A DNA stretch of 64,000 nucleotides from Clostridia bacterium (GTDB lineage: Bacteria; Bacillota; Clostridia; Oscillospirales; CAG-272): NCBI GenBank assembly GCA_017452475.1, contig JAFTMJ010000053.1, positions 1,512-65,511 of the forward strand, in the 5' to 3' direction. This document shows, one piece after another, positions 1 through 8,751 of the stretch; within the stretch, counting starts at the first letter, position 1; each line of letters opens with the position of its first letter. The notes under the pieces were generated by a model. The model had not been told where the DNA came from, ran no database searches, and saw only the letters and a list, made by a program, of their open reading frames with translations. The position numbers and the translations under genes were made by a program.

Positions 1-513
1 GAAATATTAAAGATATTAGCTGACAAAACAAGACTTGAAATTTTAGGAATACTGTTAAAAGAGGATTGCTACGTGGAAAAAATCGCATCAAGTCTTGACA
101 TAACCTCCGCCACCGCCTGCTACCATTTAAAGCGTATGGAAAAGGCGGGAATAGTAAAGTGCGCCCGATCCCAGTTTTATATTATGTATTCACTGAATAA
201 AGAGGTGTTTAACATGTCTCTTGGCGAGTTCATTATGCCAAACGAGGCAGACAGTGAGGAAAAATACAAAAGGTCGGTTATAAACAGCTTTTTTAAGCTT
301 GGCAAGCTGCTTTCAATTCCTGTTCAGCAAAAGAAAAGAGAAATAGTTTTGTATGAAATTACAAAAGCCTTTGAATTTGATAAGCAATACGCAGAAGCAG
401 AGGTGAATTCCGTAATAAAAGATTATTACGAGGATTATTGCACCGTAAGACGGGAGCTTATAGCCTTTAAAATGCTTGAAAGAGAAAACAGCACATATAA
501 GAGGATAAAATGA
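1..513 (+). CDS. ArsR-type winged-helix regulator with DUF2087-like C-terminal domain (5' end outside window)
   Basis: Frame 1 is open from base 1 (EILKILADKTRLEILGILLKEDCYVEKIASSLDITSATACYHLKRMEKAGIV = ArsR/SmtB HTH). C-terminal YAEAEVNSVIKDYYEDYCTVRRELIAFKML resembles DUF2087. Confidence 0.7.
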   Translation, partial: EILKILADKTRLEILGILLKEDCYVEKIASSLDITSATACYHLKRMEKAGIVKCARSQFYIMYSLNKEVFNMSLGEFIMPNEADSEEKYKRSVINSFFKLGKLLSIPVQQKKREIVLYEITKAFEFDKQYAEAEVNSVIKDYYEDYCTVRRELIAFKMLERENSTYKRIK

Positions 514-716
514 AGAGAATAATTATTTCCGAGAAAATAATTGAGTATAGGCAAAAGCAGCAAATAACCCAAAGGGAGCTTGCGCAAATGCTTGGCGTTT
601 GTCATCAAGCGGTTTCAAAATGGGAAAGATGTGAAAGCTATCCCGATATTATATTTTTGCCAAGCATAGCTAAGCTGCTGTCCTGCTCCATAGATGATTT
701 TTTCACAAGTAATTAA
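510..716 (+). CDS. XRE-family helix-turn-helix transcriptional regulator (68 aa)
   Basis: KQQITQRELAQMLGVCHQAVSKWERCESYPDI is a classic Cro/C1 HTH; start overlaps the upstream stop (ATGA). Confidence 0.75.
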   Translation: MKRIIISEKIIEYRQKQQITQRELAQMLGVCHQAVSKWERCESYPDIIFLPSIAKLLSCSIDDFFTSN

Positions 717-745
717 CCTTGAAGTTAACTTACATTTCGCAAATC

Positions 746-778
746 AAAACCGCTGATGCAAACGCATCAGCGGTTTTG
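746..778. terminator. bidirectional intrinsic terminator between XRE gene and ychF
   Basis: ACCGCTGATGC-AAAC-GCATCAGCGGT stem-loop flanked by an A-run and a T-run. Confidence 0.7.
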
Positions 779-787
779 ATTTATAAG

Positions 788-1882
788 CTATACATTAAAT
801 CTAAAAAGAACAATATCACCGTCGGCAATTACATATTCCTTGCCCTCGGAGCGAACCAAGCCCTTTTCCTTAGCGGCTGTCATTGTGCCGCAGGCAACAA
901 GGTCATCAAAGGCAACAATTTCAGCACGGATGAAGCCACGCTCAAAGTCAGAGTGGATTTTGCCTGCCGCCTGTGGAGCCTTAGTACCCTTTGTAATTGT
1001 CCAAGCACGAACCTCTTGAGGTCCTGCAGTTAAATAGCTGATAAGACCAAGCAGGGAATAGCTTGCCTTTATAAGCTTGTCAAGACCGCTTTCCTCAATG
1101 CCAAGGTCGGACAAGAACATTTTCTTTTCATCATCGTCAAGCTCGGCAATTTCAGCCTCAATTCCTGCGCAAACAGGGATAACCTCGCTCTTTTCGCTCT
1201 TTGCAAATTCCAAAACGCTTTGATAGAACTGATTGTCACTTAAATCGCCGGCAAGGTCATCCTCGCTGATGTTAGCCGCATAAATTACAGGCTTAATTGT
1301 AAGGAGAGCTACCTCTGAAATCATAGCTCTTTCCTCTTCATCATAGTCAAGGCTTCGTGCGCTCTTGCCCTCCTCCAGCGCCTTCATAACTCTTTCAAAA
1401 AGCTCAAGCTTGGAGGCTAAGGTTTTGTCACCCTTCATCGCCTTCTTTACAGCGTCAATCCTTCTTTCCAAAATCTCCATATCGGAAAGAATAAGCTCAA
1501 AGTTAATTGTTTCCAAGTCACGGATAGGGTTAATGCTGCCGTCAACGTGAATAATATCTGTGTTTTCAAAGCAACGCACAACGTGTACAATTGCGTCAAC
1601 CTCACGGATGTGAGAAAGGAACTTGTTGCCAAGACCCTCACCCTTTGACGCGCCCTTAACAAGACCTGCAATGTCAACAAACTCAATTACGGCAGGGGTG
1701 TATTTTTCAGGCTTATACATTTCAGCCAAAACATCAAGGCGGGAGTCGGGCACCATAACAACGCCAACATTAGGCTCAATGGTGCAGAAGGGATAGTTAG
1801 CGCTTTGCGCGCCTGCGTTTGTCAGCGCATTAAAAAGTGTACTTTTGCCAACATTAGGCAAACCAACAATACCAAGCTTCAT
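788..1882 (-). CDS. ychF: redox-regulated ribosome-binding ATPase YchF
   Basis: [22 protein letters not shown]-loop, full-length YchF-like sequence with C-terminal TGS-like end [12 protein letters not shown] chose the MKLGIVG start rather than the upstream MRYI extension. Confidence 0.95.
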   Translation of the reverse strand: MKLGIVGLPNVGKSTLFNALTNAGAQSANYPFCTIEPNVGVVMVPDSRLDVLAEMYKPEKYTPAVIEFVDIAGLVKGASKGEGLGNKFLSHIREVDAIVHVVRCFENTDIIHVDGSINPIRDLETINFELILSDMEILERRIDAVKKAMKGDKTLASKLELFERVMKALEEGKSARSLDYDEEERAMISEVALLTIKPVIYAANISEDDLAGDLSDNQFYQSVLEFAKSEKSEVIPVCAGIEAEIAELDDDEKKMFLSDLGIEESGLDKLIKASYSLLGLISYLTAGPQEVRAWTITKGTKAPQAAGKIHSDFERGFIRAEIVAFDDLVACGTMTAAKEKGLVRSEGKEYVIADGDIVLFRFNV

Positions 1883-2090
1883 TATATACCTCATAAAATC
1901 ATTAATAAGTCGTACATATTATACATTATTTTTTCAAATACTGCAAGTCAAAAAGTAAAATTTTTAAAAATCTGCGTATTTTTGGCATATTTACACCCTA
2001 TATTCACACAATTTTCACAAACATAGTATAGAATATAAACAACATATTACAAAAATTTTAACTAAAGATGAGTAAAATTGAAAAAACTGT

Positions 2091-2119
2091 TTACAATTAG
2101 TTAAAAATATGATATAATT
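2091..2119 (+). promoter_or_regulatory. sigma-A type promoter for response regulator gene
   Basis: TTTACA - 17 nt - TGATATAAT (extended -10), about 30 nt upstream of the start codon. Confidence 0.5.
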
Positions 2120-2147
2120 AATTAACAAAAGTGCGGAGGAAAAGAAA

Positions 2148-2852
2148 ATGCTTGGAACAAAGATGTTAATTATTGATGATGACCAGAACATTTGCGAGTT
2201 AATAAAGGTTTATTTTCAGAACGAGGGCTACGATGTTGCCATAGCAAATGACGGAATTGAGGGTATGGCTATGTTTAAGAGCTACGACCCGGATATCGTT
2301 TTGCTTGACCTAATGCTTCCTAAGAAGGACGGTACAGACGTTTGCCGTGAAATTAGGGCAAACTCCAACAAGCCAATGATTATGATTACCGCAAAGGGTG
2401 AGGTTTTTGATAAGGTGCTTGGCTTGGAGCTTGGTGCTGACGACTTTGTTGTTAAGCCCTTTGATATGAAGGAGCTTTTGGCAAGGGTTAAGGCAGTGCT
2501 TAGAAGATACAGCACTATGGAAACCCATGTGGATAGGGACACTCTTCGCTTTGACAATATGGAAATCAGCTTGGCTAACCACGAGCTTAAGATAAAGGGT
2601 GAGAGCATTGATATTCCGCATAAGGAGCTAATGCTTCTTTACTTCCTTGCTAAAAACTTTAACAGAGTATATACAAGAGACCAGCTTCTTAACAAGGTTT
2701 GGAGCTTTGATTATCTTGGGGATTCCCGTACGGTTGATGTTCATGTTAAGCGCCTTCGCGAGAAGCTGACAGGCGTTTCTGACAAGTGGGAGCTTAAGAC
2801 GGTTTGGGGCGTTGGCTATAAATTTGAGGTGTTTCCGCAAAACGCAGAATAA
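2148..2852 (+). CDS. OmpR/PhoB-family response regulator
   Basis: Receiver domain (LIIDDD..., DIVLLDLMLPKKDG, KPMIMITAKG) plus winged-helix trans_reg_C (DSRTVDVHVKRLREKL, TVWGVGYKF). Confidence 0.9.
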   Translation: MLGTKMLIIDDDQNICELIKVYFQNEGYDVAIANDGIEGMAMFKSYDPDIVLLDLMLPKKDGTDVCREIRANSNKPMIMITAKGEVFDKVLGLELGADDFVVKPFDMKELLARVKAVLRRYSTMETHVDRDTLRFDNMEISLANHELKIKGESIDIPHKELMLLYFLAKNFNRVYTRDQLLNKVWSFDYLGDSRTVDVHVKRLREKLTGVSDKWELKTVWGVGYKFEVFPQNAE

Positions 2853-2864
2853 TTTAAAACGGGT

Positions 2865-2895
2865 TGTGTCAAAACAACCCGTTTTTATGTTGACT
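2865..2895 (+). terminator. intrinsic terminator between response regulator and kinase genes
   Basis: AAAACGGGTTGT-GTCAAA-ACAACCCGTTTTT. Confidence 0.7.
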
Positions 2896-2898
2896 TTG

Positions 2899-2927
2899 CC
2901 CCAAAATTATATTATACTAATAAAAAA
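2899..2927 (+). promoter_or_regulatory. sigma-A type promoter for histidine kinase gene
   Basis: TTGACT - 17 nt - TATACT, immediately after the terminator and 16 nt before the AAAGGAGG SD of the kinase gene. Confidence 0.5.
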
Positions 2928-2942
2928 GAAAGGAGGACGCAT

Positions 2943-4451
2943 ATGAAAAAAATTCTAAGAGCAATAACAATAAGATATATGATAATTTTTATGACTCTTA
3001 TTATTTTGACGGTTGCTATTTTGGGTGCTATGATTGCCTCGATTTTGTCCTCCTACTCTGTTGATATGAAAATGGAGGAGCTGTCCACCGCCAATATTCT
3101 GTTTAAGGCGTATTATACGGACGCTGACAGTGAAATCGGTGTTGAGCAATCCCTGAAGGTCACAGATGCTGAGCTGCAAAAGGTTTTGCATGTTACCTTT
3201 TTGACAAGCGAGGGTAACAAGCTTTTGATTGCGGACAAAAACGGCATTTTGGTTATGCATGCCTGCAAAACGCCAAAGGAAAAGGATCCGACCATTACTT
3301 ATAAGGACAGCATAGAGAAGGATGTTAAGCTTTTAAATTCTACCAAGCTCCCAAAGAGAATTATTGACAGCATAAATACAGATGGTGACTTGTCGATGAG
3401 CAACACCTGTGGTGGCATGTTTGATGAAAAGGTTATTTGGTTTGCTTCCGCACTAAAGGGAGTTGACGGGGAAACGAGGGGATATATCGTTTCCTATACG
3501 GATGCAGGCGGAGAGGGGGATCTCTTTATAGAGATGCTTAAGTCCATCTCCTTGACCACTATGTGGCTGCTTTTTGTAATTATGGTGGCAATTTATGTAA
3601 TCAGCTACAAGGTTACAATGCCTCTTCGTGAAATAAGCAGCGCTGCAAAGAGCTTTGCAAGGGGCAGCTTTGATGTTCGCGTTCCCGAAAGAGGTAATGA
3701 TGAAATAACCGACCTTGCCAGGTCCTTTAACAAAATGGCGGTTGAGTTGCAGGCTAAGGATGATATGCAAAAGCAGTTTTTAAGCAGTGCCTCCCATGAC
3801 CTTCGCACACCGATGACCACCATTGCAGGGTTTATTGACGGTATTTTGGATGGCGCTATTCCAAGCGAAAAGCAGGAGCATTACCTTAAAATAATTAAAA
3901 GCGAGGTTCAGCGCCTTAGCCGCTTGGTTTCATCACTTCTTGACATTTCAAGGCTTCAGTCAGGGGATAGGAAGTTTGAAAACAAGCCATTTAATATTTG
4001 CGAAATGGCAAGGCAAACCATAATATCCTTTGAAAATCAGTTTAATGAAAAGGAGCTGGACGTGGAGTTTGACTCCGAGGAATATGATATTTTGGCGCTG
4101 GGCGACAGAGACGCAATCAATCAAGTTGTGTACAATTTGTGCCATAATGCAATCAAGTTTTCCTACAAGGGGTCAAAATACAGGGTGCGCATATGCTACG
4201 CCGAGGATAACACGGTTAAGTTTTCTGTGTATAATGAGGGAATAGGTATTTCCAAGGAGGAGCTTCCCTTCGTGTTTGACAGGTTCTATAAGAGTGATAA
4301 GAGCAGGGGACTTGACAAAACAGGTGTTGGCTTAGGCTTGTTTATTTCAAAAACAATCATTGATGCCCATAAGGGTGATATGACTGTAAACAGTGAATAT
4401 GAAAAATGGTGTGAATTTTCCTTCACGCTTCCAAAAGGAGAAAAGGATTGA
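2943..4451 (+). CDS. membrane sensor histidine kinase (two TM segments, HAMP, HisKA, HATPase_c)
   Basis: H-box FLSSASHDLRTPMT, N-box NLCHNAIKF, G-boxes DRFYKSD and GVGLGLFISK; HAMP-like segment PLREISSAAKSFARGSFDVRV. Confidence 0.9.
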   Translation: MKKILRAITIRYMIIFMTLIILTVAILGAMIASILSSYSVDMKMEELSTANILFKAYYTDADSEIGVEQSLKVTDAELQKVLHVTFLTSEGNKLLIADKNGILVMHACKTPKEKDPTITYKDSIEKDVKLLNSTKLPKRIIDSINTDGDLSMSNTCGGMFDEKVIWFASALKGVDGETRGYIVSYTDAGGEGDLFIEMLKSISLTTMWLLFVIMVAIYVISYKVTMPLREISSAAKSFARGSFDVRVPERGNDEITDLARSFNKMAVELQAKDDMQKQFLSSASHDLRTPMTTIAGFIDGILDGAIPSEKQEHYLKIIKSEVQRLSRLVSSLLDISRLQSGDRKFENKPFNICEMARQTIISFENQFNEKELDVEFDSEEYDILALGDRDAINQVVYNLCHNAIKFSYKGSKYRVRICYAEDNTVKFSVYNEGIGISKEELPFVFDRFYKSDKSRGLDKTGVGLGLFISKTIIDAHKGDMTVNSEYEKWCEFSFTLPKGEKD

Positions 4452-5575
4452 TAATTGAGTATGTTGCAACCTGCCTTTTCGGCTTGGAAAGTCTTCTCGG
4501 TGAGGAGATTGAAGCCTTGGGCTACAAAAGGACAGAAACGATGGACGGCAGGGTTAGCTTTACAGGAGATGAATATGCTGTTGCTAACTGCAGTATTAAT
4601 TTGCGCTTTGCGGAAAGGCTTTATATTAAGGTTGGCGAATTTAATGCGTATACCTTTGACGGGCTATTTGAGGGCGTAAAATCCCTTGAATGGGAAAAAT
4701 GGATAGGGCAGGAGGATGAATTTCCTGTTCGTGGACATAGCATAAAAAGTAAGCTTTTTTCAATTCCCGATTGCCAAAAAATAATCAAAAAGGCGGTCGT
4801 TTCCCGCCTTTCGGAAAAATACGGTGTTAGCTGGTTTAATGAAAGAGGAGTTAAATATCAAATAGACTTCTTTATCTTTAAGGACAGAGCCACCCTTATG
4901 ATTGACACCTCGGGCACACCCCTGCACAAAAGGGGTTACCGTCCCAAGGCAAACGAGGCACCGATTAGGGAAACCCTTGCCTGCGCCTTGGCAAAGCTTT
5001 CCCGCCCAAGGGAGGATGTTCTTTTTTGGGACCCCTTCTGCGGCTCGGGAACAATCGCTATTGAGGCGGCAATGCTAATGACCAATACCGCCCCGGGCTT
5101 GAACAGAGCCTTTGCGGCAGAGCTTTTCCCACAGTTTAAAAAGGAGCTTTGGATAAGGGCAAGGGAAGAGGCAAGGGCAAAAATTATAAAAGACTCACCC
5201 TTTACTGTGTACGCCTCCGACATTGACCCGGAGTGCGTCAAAATAGCCACGGAAAGCGCAAAGCACGCAGGGGTTTACAAAAATATGAAAATTTTTCAGC
5301 AGGATGCCCTAACCATTTCCACAGAAGGAAGGCGCGGCACCGTTGTTTGTAATCCTCCGTACGGTGAAAGGCTTTTGTCAATGAAGGATACAGAGGCGCT
5401 TTACAAAAAAATGGGCGAGCATTTTAAAACCCTTGACAGGTGGCAGATGTATATAATCACCAGTCACGAGGAGTTTTGCAAGCTCTTTGGCAGAAAGGCA
5501 GACAAGGTAAGGAAGCTTTATAACGGTATGATACCCTGTTATTTCTACCAATTTTTTAAAAACGACAAAAAATAG
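4448..5575 (+). CDS. THUMP-domain class I SAM-dependent RNA methyltransferase (UPF0020/YpsC-like)
   Basis: TTG start overlapping the kinase stop; DPFCGSGTIAIEAA SAM motif I and catalytic NPPYGERL motif IV. Confidence 0.85.
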   Translation: MIIEYVATCLFGLESLLGEEIEALGYKRTETMDGRVSFTGDEYAVANCSINLRFAERLYIKVGEFNAYTFDGLFEGVKSLEWEKWIGQEDEFPVRGHSIKSKLFSIPDCQKIIKKAVVSRLSEKYGVSWFNERGVKYQIDFFIFKDRATLMIDTSGTPLHKRGYRPKANEAPIRETLACALAKLSRPREDVLFWDPFCGSGTIAIEAAMLMTNTAPGLNRAFAAELFPQFKKELWIRAREEARAKIIKDSPFTVYASDIDPECVKIATESAKHAGVYKNMKIFQQDALTISTEGRRGTVVCNPPYGERLLSMKDTEALYKKMGEHFKTLDRWQMYIITSHEEFCKLFGRKADKVRKLYNGMIPCYFYQFFKNDKK

Positions 5576-5630
5576 TTTAAATAATTTACCTCCGTCAATA
5601 CTAACAAAAAGTATTTACGGAGGTATTTTA

Positions 5631-7043
5631 ATGCAGGAGTTAACGGAGGACTTTGACCGAAATATCGACACTCTTGACGGTATTTTGAATATAAAAGAGA
5701 ATTTTGACCTAATAAAAAGAGAAATGATTATAAGCGGGCAACGGGTTACAATGTACTATGTTGACGGCTTTGTTACCGCAGCCATAATGCAAAAGCTGAT
5801 GATGCACTTAACATCGGTTAAGGATTTCGGCAACGGCAAGCAGGGCGCGGTCGAAAAATTCATAAAAAGCAGTGTTCCGAGCGTGGAGGTGGATGCGGTA
5901 TATGACTTTGATACTGTTGTAACAATGGTGCTAAGCGGCTGCTCCGCCATTTTGGCAGAGGGCTTTGGCAAGGGAGCTGTAATAGTTGACGCCCGTTCTT
6001 ATCCCGCCCGAGTTACGGAGGAGCCGGGAAACGATAAGGTAATGCGGGGCGCTAGAGATGGCTTTGTTGAAACCTTAATTTTCAACACCGCCATGGTTCG
6101 CCGCAGAATAAGGGATCCCCATCTTCGGGTTAAATATGCTAATGTCGGGGAAAGGTCAAAAACCGATATAGCAGTGGTGTATATAGAAGGAAAAGCCGAC
6201 CCTGTGTACGTAAAACAGCTAATTGAAAAAATAAATTCCATAAAAACCGATGCTTTGCCAATGGGTCACCAAAGCTTGATTGAGTGCCTTATAAAAAAAC
6301 GGTGGTACAACCCGTTTCCAAAGGTTAGATGCACGGAAAGACCCGATGCTGCCTGCGCGTCTATCTTGGAGGGAAGCGTAATTGTTTTGTGCGATACCTC
6401 ACCTGAGGCAATGATTTTGCCAACAGCAATATTTGACTTTTTGCAGGAAACGGATGACTATTACTATCCTTGCTTTACAGGCACATACTTAAGGCTGATT
6501 AGGCAAATGGTGTTTTTAGGCGCAATTTTTTTAACCCCTGTTTGGTATACCCTTGTGGTAAACGCCGCCCATTTGCCGCAGTGGATTGCATTTATTGTCC
6601 CCGACGATATGGGTAAGGTTCCTATAATTGCGCAGCTTTTAATTGTGGAGTTTGTCCTTGACGGCTTGAAGCTGGCTTCACTGAACACCCCAAATGTGTT
6701 ATCTAATTCCTTTAGCGTGGTTGGTGGACTTTTGCTTGGTGATTTTGCCGTTCAAATCGGCTGGCTTTGCCCCGATGCAATATTCTATATGGCAATAGAG
6801 GCAATCGCAGGCTTTACCCAGTCCAATTACGAGCTTGGCTATGCCTTTAAATTTATGCGAATTTTGTCTATTATTTTAGTCCATTTCTTGAACTTTTGGG
6901 GGCTTATTATCGGAACGGGAGTCACAATTTTATTAATTGCCACAAATCAAACCGTCCTTGGCAGGCGAGATTATTTGTACCCCTTAATTCCCTTTAACGC
7001 AAAAGCCTTAAAATCATTGTTCTTTAGAGTCAAAAAACCGTAA
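5631..7043 (+). CDS. GerA-family spore germination protein (A subunit / SpoVAF-like), orphan
   Basis: Typical GerA core (VDGFV, RSYPARVTEEP, RGARDGFVETL, VRRRIRDP) followed by multiple C-terminal TM helices. No B or C subunit gene is adjacent. Confidence 0.85.
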   Translation: MQELTEDFDRNIDTLDGILNIKENFDLIKREMIISGQRVTMYYVDGFVTAAIMQKLMMHLTSVKDFGNGKQGAVEKFIKSSVPSVEVDAVYDFDTVVTMVLSGCSAILAEGFGKGAVIVDARSYPARVTEEPGNDKVMRGARDGFVETLIFNTAMVRRRIRDPHLRVKYANVGERSKTDIAVVYIEGKADPVYVKQLIEKINSIKTDALPMGHQSLIECLIKKRWYNPFPKVRCTERPDAACASILEGSVIVLCDTSPEAMILPTAIFDFLQETDDYYYPCFTGTYLRLIRQMVFLGAIFLTPVWYTLVVNAAHLPQWIAFIVPDDMGKVPIIAQLLIVEFVLDGLKLASLNTPNVLSNSFSVVGGLLLGDFAVQIGWLCPDAIFYMAIEAIAGFTQSNYELGYAFKFMRILSIILVHFLNFWGLIIGTGVTILLIATNQTVLGRRDYLYPLIPFNAKALKSLFFRVKKP

Positions 7044-7048
7044 AAACA

Positions 7049-7080
7049 GACACGTCAGCCACTTTTTTGGCTGACGTGTC
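7049..7080. terminator. bidirectional intrinsic terminator (gerA-like / ruvB convergent)
   Basis: GACACGTCAGCC-ACTTTTTT-GGCTGACGTGTC, 12-bp perfect stem. Confidence 0.7.
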
Positions 7081-7085
7081 TCGCT

Positions 7086-8135
7086 TTATTCGTCAATTTT
7101 AATTTGTACGGTATTTCCCTTGTATGGCAAACCGAGATGCTCGTAGGCAAGCCTTGTTACACACCTGCCGCGGGGCGTTCTTGAAAGATAACCGATTTGC
7201 ATAAGGTAAGGCTCATATACATCCTCAATGGTGATAGCCTCCTCACCAATTGTTGCGGCTAAGGTTTCAAGTCCTACAGGACCGCCGTCATAAAACTTGA
7301 TAATTGTTTCGAGCATTTTTCTGTCTATGTTGTCAAGTCCAAGCTCATCGATTTCAAGCGCTTTCAAGGCAGTTTTGGCGATAGCAAGCGTTATTCTGCC
7401 ATCCCCCTTAACCTGTGCATAGTCACGGACTCTCTTTAACAGCCTGTTTGCAATACGGGGTGTACCCCTTGACCTTGAAGCAATTTCGTAAGCGCCCTCA
7501 TCGTCAATCTCCACCTCAAGCAGAGAAGCGCTGCGCTTAATAATAGTTGCAAGCTCGTCAGGGGTGTAAAGCTCCAAGCGGAGTAAAACTCCAAACCTAT
7601 CACGGAGTGGGGTTGTAAGCTGTCCTGCCCTTGTGGTAGCGCCAACCAAGGTAAACTTGGGTAGCGGCACACGGATGCTCCTTGCCGCAGGACCCTTGCC
7701 AATGATAATGTCAAGGACAAAGTCCTCCATTGCAGGGTACAAAATTTCCTCAATGGAACGGGAAAGACGGTGTATTTCGTCAATAAAAAGCACATCACCC
7801 GGGGCAAGGTTGGTAAGGATAGCCGCTAAATCTCCCTGCTTTTCAATGGCAGGACCTGAGGTTACCCTAAAGTTAACGCCCATTTCTGTGGCTATAATAC
7901 CTGAAAGCGTTGTCTTTCCAAGACCGGGAGGGCCGTAGAGAAGAACGTGGTCCAAGGAGTCCTGCCTGCCCTTTGCCGCATCAATGTACACCTTAAGCAT
8001 TTCCTTAACCTTTTCTTGACCGATGTATTCATCGAATGCCTTGGGTCTAAGGCTGACCTCCACTTCCCCGTCCTCACCGGAGGCTTCGGTTGAAACTATT
8101 CTGCTTTCATAATCAAATTCTGTTTCGTCAATCAT
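7086..8135 (-). CDS. ruvB: Holliday junction branch migration helicase RuvB
   Basis: [16 protein letters not shown], Walker [10 protein letters not shown], Walker [10 protein letters not shown], full-length RuvB similarity. Confidence 0.97.
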   Translation of the reverse strand: MIDETEFDYESRIVSTEASGEDGEVEVSLRPKAFDEYIGQEKVKEMLKVYIDAAKGRQDSLDHVLLYGPPGLGKTTLSGIIATEMGVNFRVTSGPAIEKQGDLAAILTNLAPGDVLFIDEIHRLSRSIEEILYPAMEDFVLDIIIGKGPAARSIRVPLPKFTLVGATTRAGQLTTPLRDRFGVLLRLELYTPDELATIIKRSASLLEVEIDDEGAYEIASRSRGTPRIANRLLKRVRDYAQVKGDGRITLAIAKTALKALEIDELGLDNIDRKMLETIIKFYDGGPVGLETLAATIGEEAITIEDVYEPYLMQIGYLSRTPRGRCVTRLAYEHLGLPYKGNTVQIKIDE

Positions 8136-8145
8136 CGTTTAAACC

Positions 8146-8751
8146 TCATTTCATCAGCTTGGAAAGGGCAATTGGTATAATTTTTGTAACATCCATATTT
8201 GGGTCAATACCGCCCAAGGCTCTTTGTGCCTCAGCCTTAGAGTAGCCAAGCACCACCAAAGCGTCCAGAGCCTCGGAAAGATTGGAGCTTTTTGCAAAGG
8301 AAATTGGGGCTTGCGCACCGATATCGCTTGAGGTGGCAAACACCTGCTTTGCAATCTTGTCCTTAAGCTCAAGAACAACCCTTGCCGCGGTTTTTGTGCC
8401 CACACCGCTTGCCTTTGCAATTGTTTTTGTGTCCTCACCGCAAATCGCCATGCTAAGCTTGTCGGGTGTCAGCAGGGAAAGGATAGACATTGCCGCCTTC
8501 GGTCCCACGCCTGAAACGGTGATAAGGAGCTTAAATGCGCTTAGCTCATCGCTTGTTTTGAAGCCGTAAAGCTCTACGGCATCCTCCCTTACTTGTAGAT
8601 AGGTTAAGAGCTTTTGGCTCTTTCCCACGTTGCCCACAATGGAGGTATAGGTGTTGTCGCTTACGGAAAGCCTGTAGCCAACACCGTTACAGTCAATAAC
8701 ACAGGAGCCCTCCTCGCAAAGCTCAAGTGTACCGTTAAGATGGTATATCAT
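8146..8751 (-). CDS. ruvA: Holliday junction DNA-binding protein RuvA
   Basis: MIYHLNGTL..., paired HhH motifs (LITVSGVGPKAAMSIL, KASGVGTKTAARVVLELK), directly upstream of ruvB. Confidence 0.95.
   Translation of the reverse strand: MIYHLNGTLELCEEGSCVIDCNGVGYRLSVSDNTYTSIVGNVGKSQKLLTYLQVREDAVELYGFKTSDELSAFKLLITVSGVGPKAAMSILSLLTPDKLSMAICGEDTKTIAKASGVGTKTAARVVLELKDKIAKQVFATSSDIGAQAPISFAKSSNLSEALDALVVLGYSKAEAQRALGGIDPNMDVTKIIPIALSKLMK

Noticed and set aside
719-1033. 104-aa plus-strand ORF
   Set aside because: It begins inside the terminator and runs antisense through the 3' end of ychF, with no SD or motif.
2865-2895. Terminator arms AAAACGGGTTGT/ACAACCCGTTTT identical to those at 25987-26020, considered as a dispersed repeat family
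   Set aside because: There are only two copies of a 12-nt palindromic arm, with different loops and no extended flanking similarity. This fits convergent GC-clamp terminators better than a mobile repeat.
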